A stretch of DNA of 34,153 nt from Reclinomonas americana ATCC 50394 (Eukaryota): the NCBI GenBank assembly GCA_048213135.1, contig PS015042.1:18786-52938 (forward strand), in the 5' to 3' direction. The first letter of the stretch is position 1. The number at the start of each line of letters is the position of its first letter. Position numbers and translations under genes: made by a program. The notes beneath the pieces are model-generated. The model was not told the origin of the DNA. It did not search any database and saw nothing but the letters and a program-made list of their open reading frames with translations. Below are positions 34,088 through 34,153 of the stretch, piece by piece.

Positions 34088-34153
34088 CTGACACGGGAGC
34101 GGTGGGGTGTGCGGTCGATACAAAAGTCAGTGGCAACCGGGAAGGGCGTGCTT

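Overview
Gene-dense, intron-rich eukaryotic (protist-like) genomic DNA with GT-AG introns (many GTGCGT/GTGAGT donors), abundant (GA)n/(GT)n/(CAA)n microsatellites and five N-gaps. Genes were reconstructed by manual splicing. In order: (1) a minus-strand coiled-coil protein carrying a class III nucleotidyl-cyclase domain whose canonical catalytic residues are all substituted; (2) a 3-exon, 90-aa beta-prefoldin-like gene resembling ASDURF; (3) a Qa-SNARE syntaxin with a long N-terminal extension, head-to-head with (4) a STE20/GCK-type Ser/Thr kinase; (5) a relic of a restriction-like endonuclease (RLE) from a non-LTR retroelement; (6) a secreted Cys-rich protein; (7-8) two hypothetical genes; (9) a very large minus-strand receptor-like gene, 5'-incomplete (>12.7 kb), with Pmp-like FxxN/GGA beta-helix repeats, a Cys-rich juxtamembrane region and a multi-pass TM domain. 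The most striking feature is in gene 9: about 19-20 consecutive repeats are each encoded by a phase-compatible exon cassette (exon A phase 0->1, exon B phase 1->0). This would allow in-frame skipping or shuffling. All family assignments come from motif recognition by eye, not database searches, and exon boundaries are approximate.
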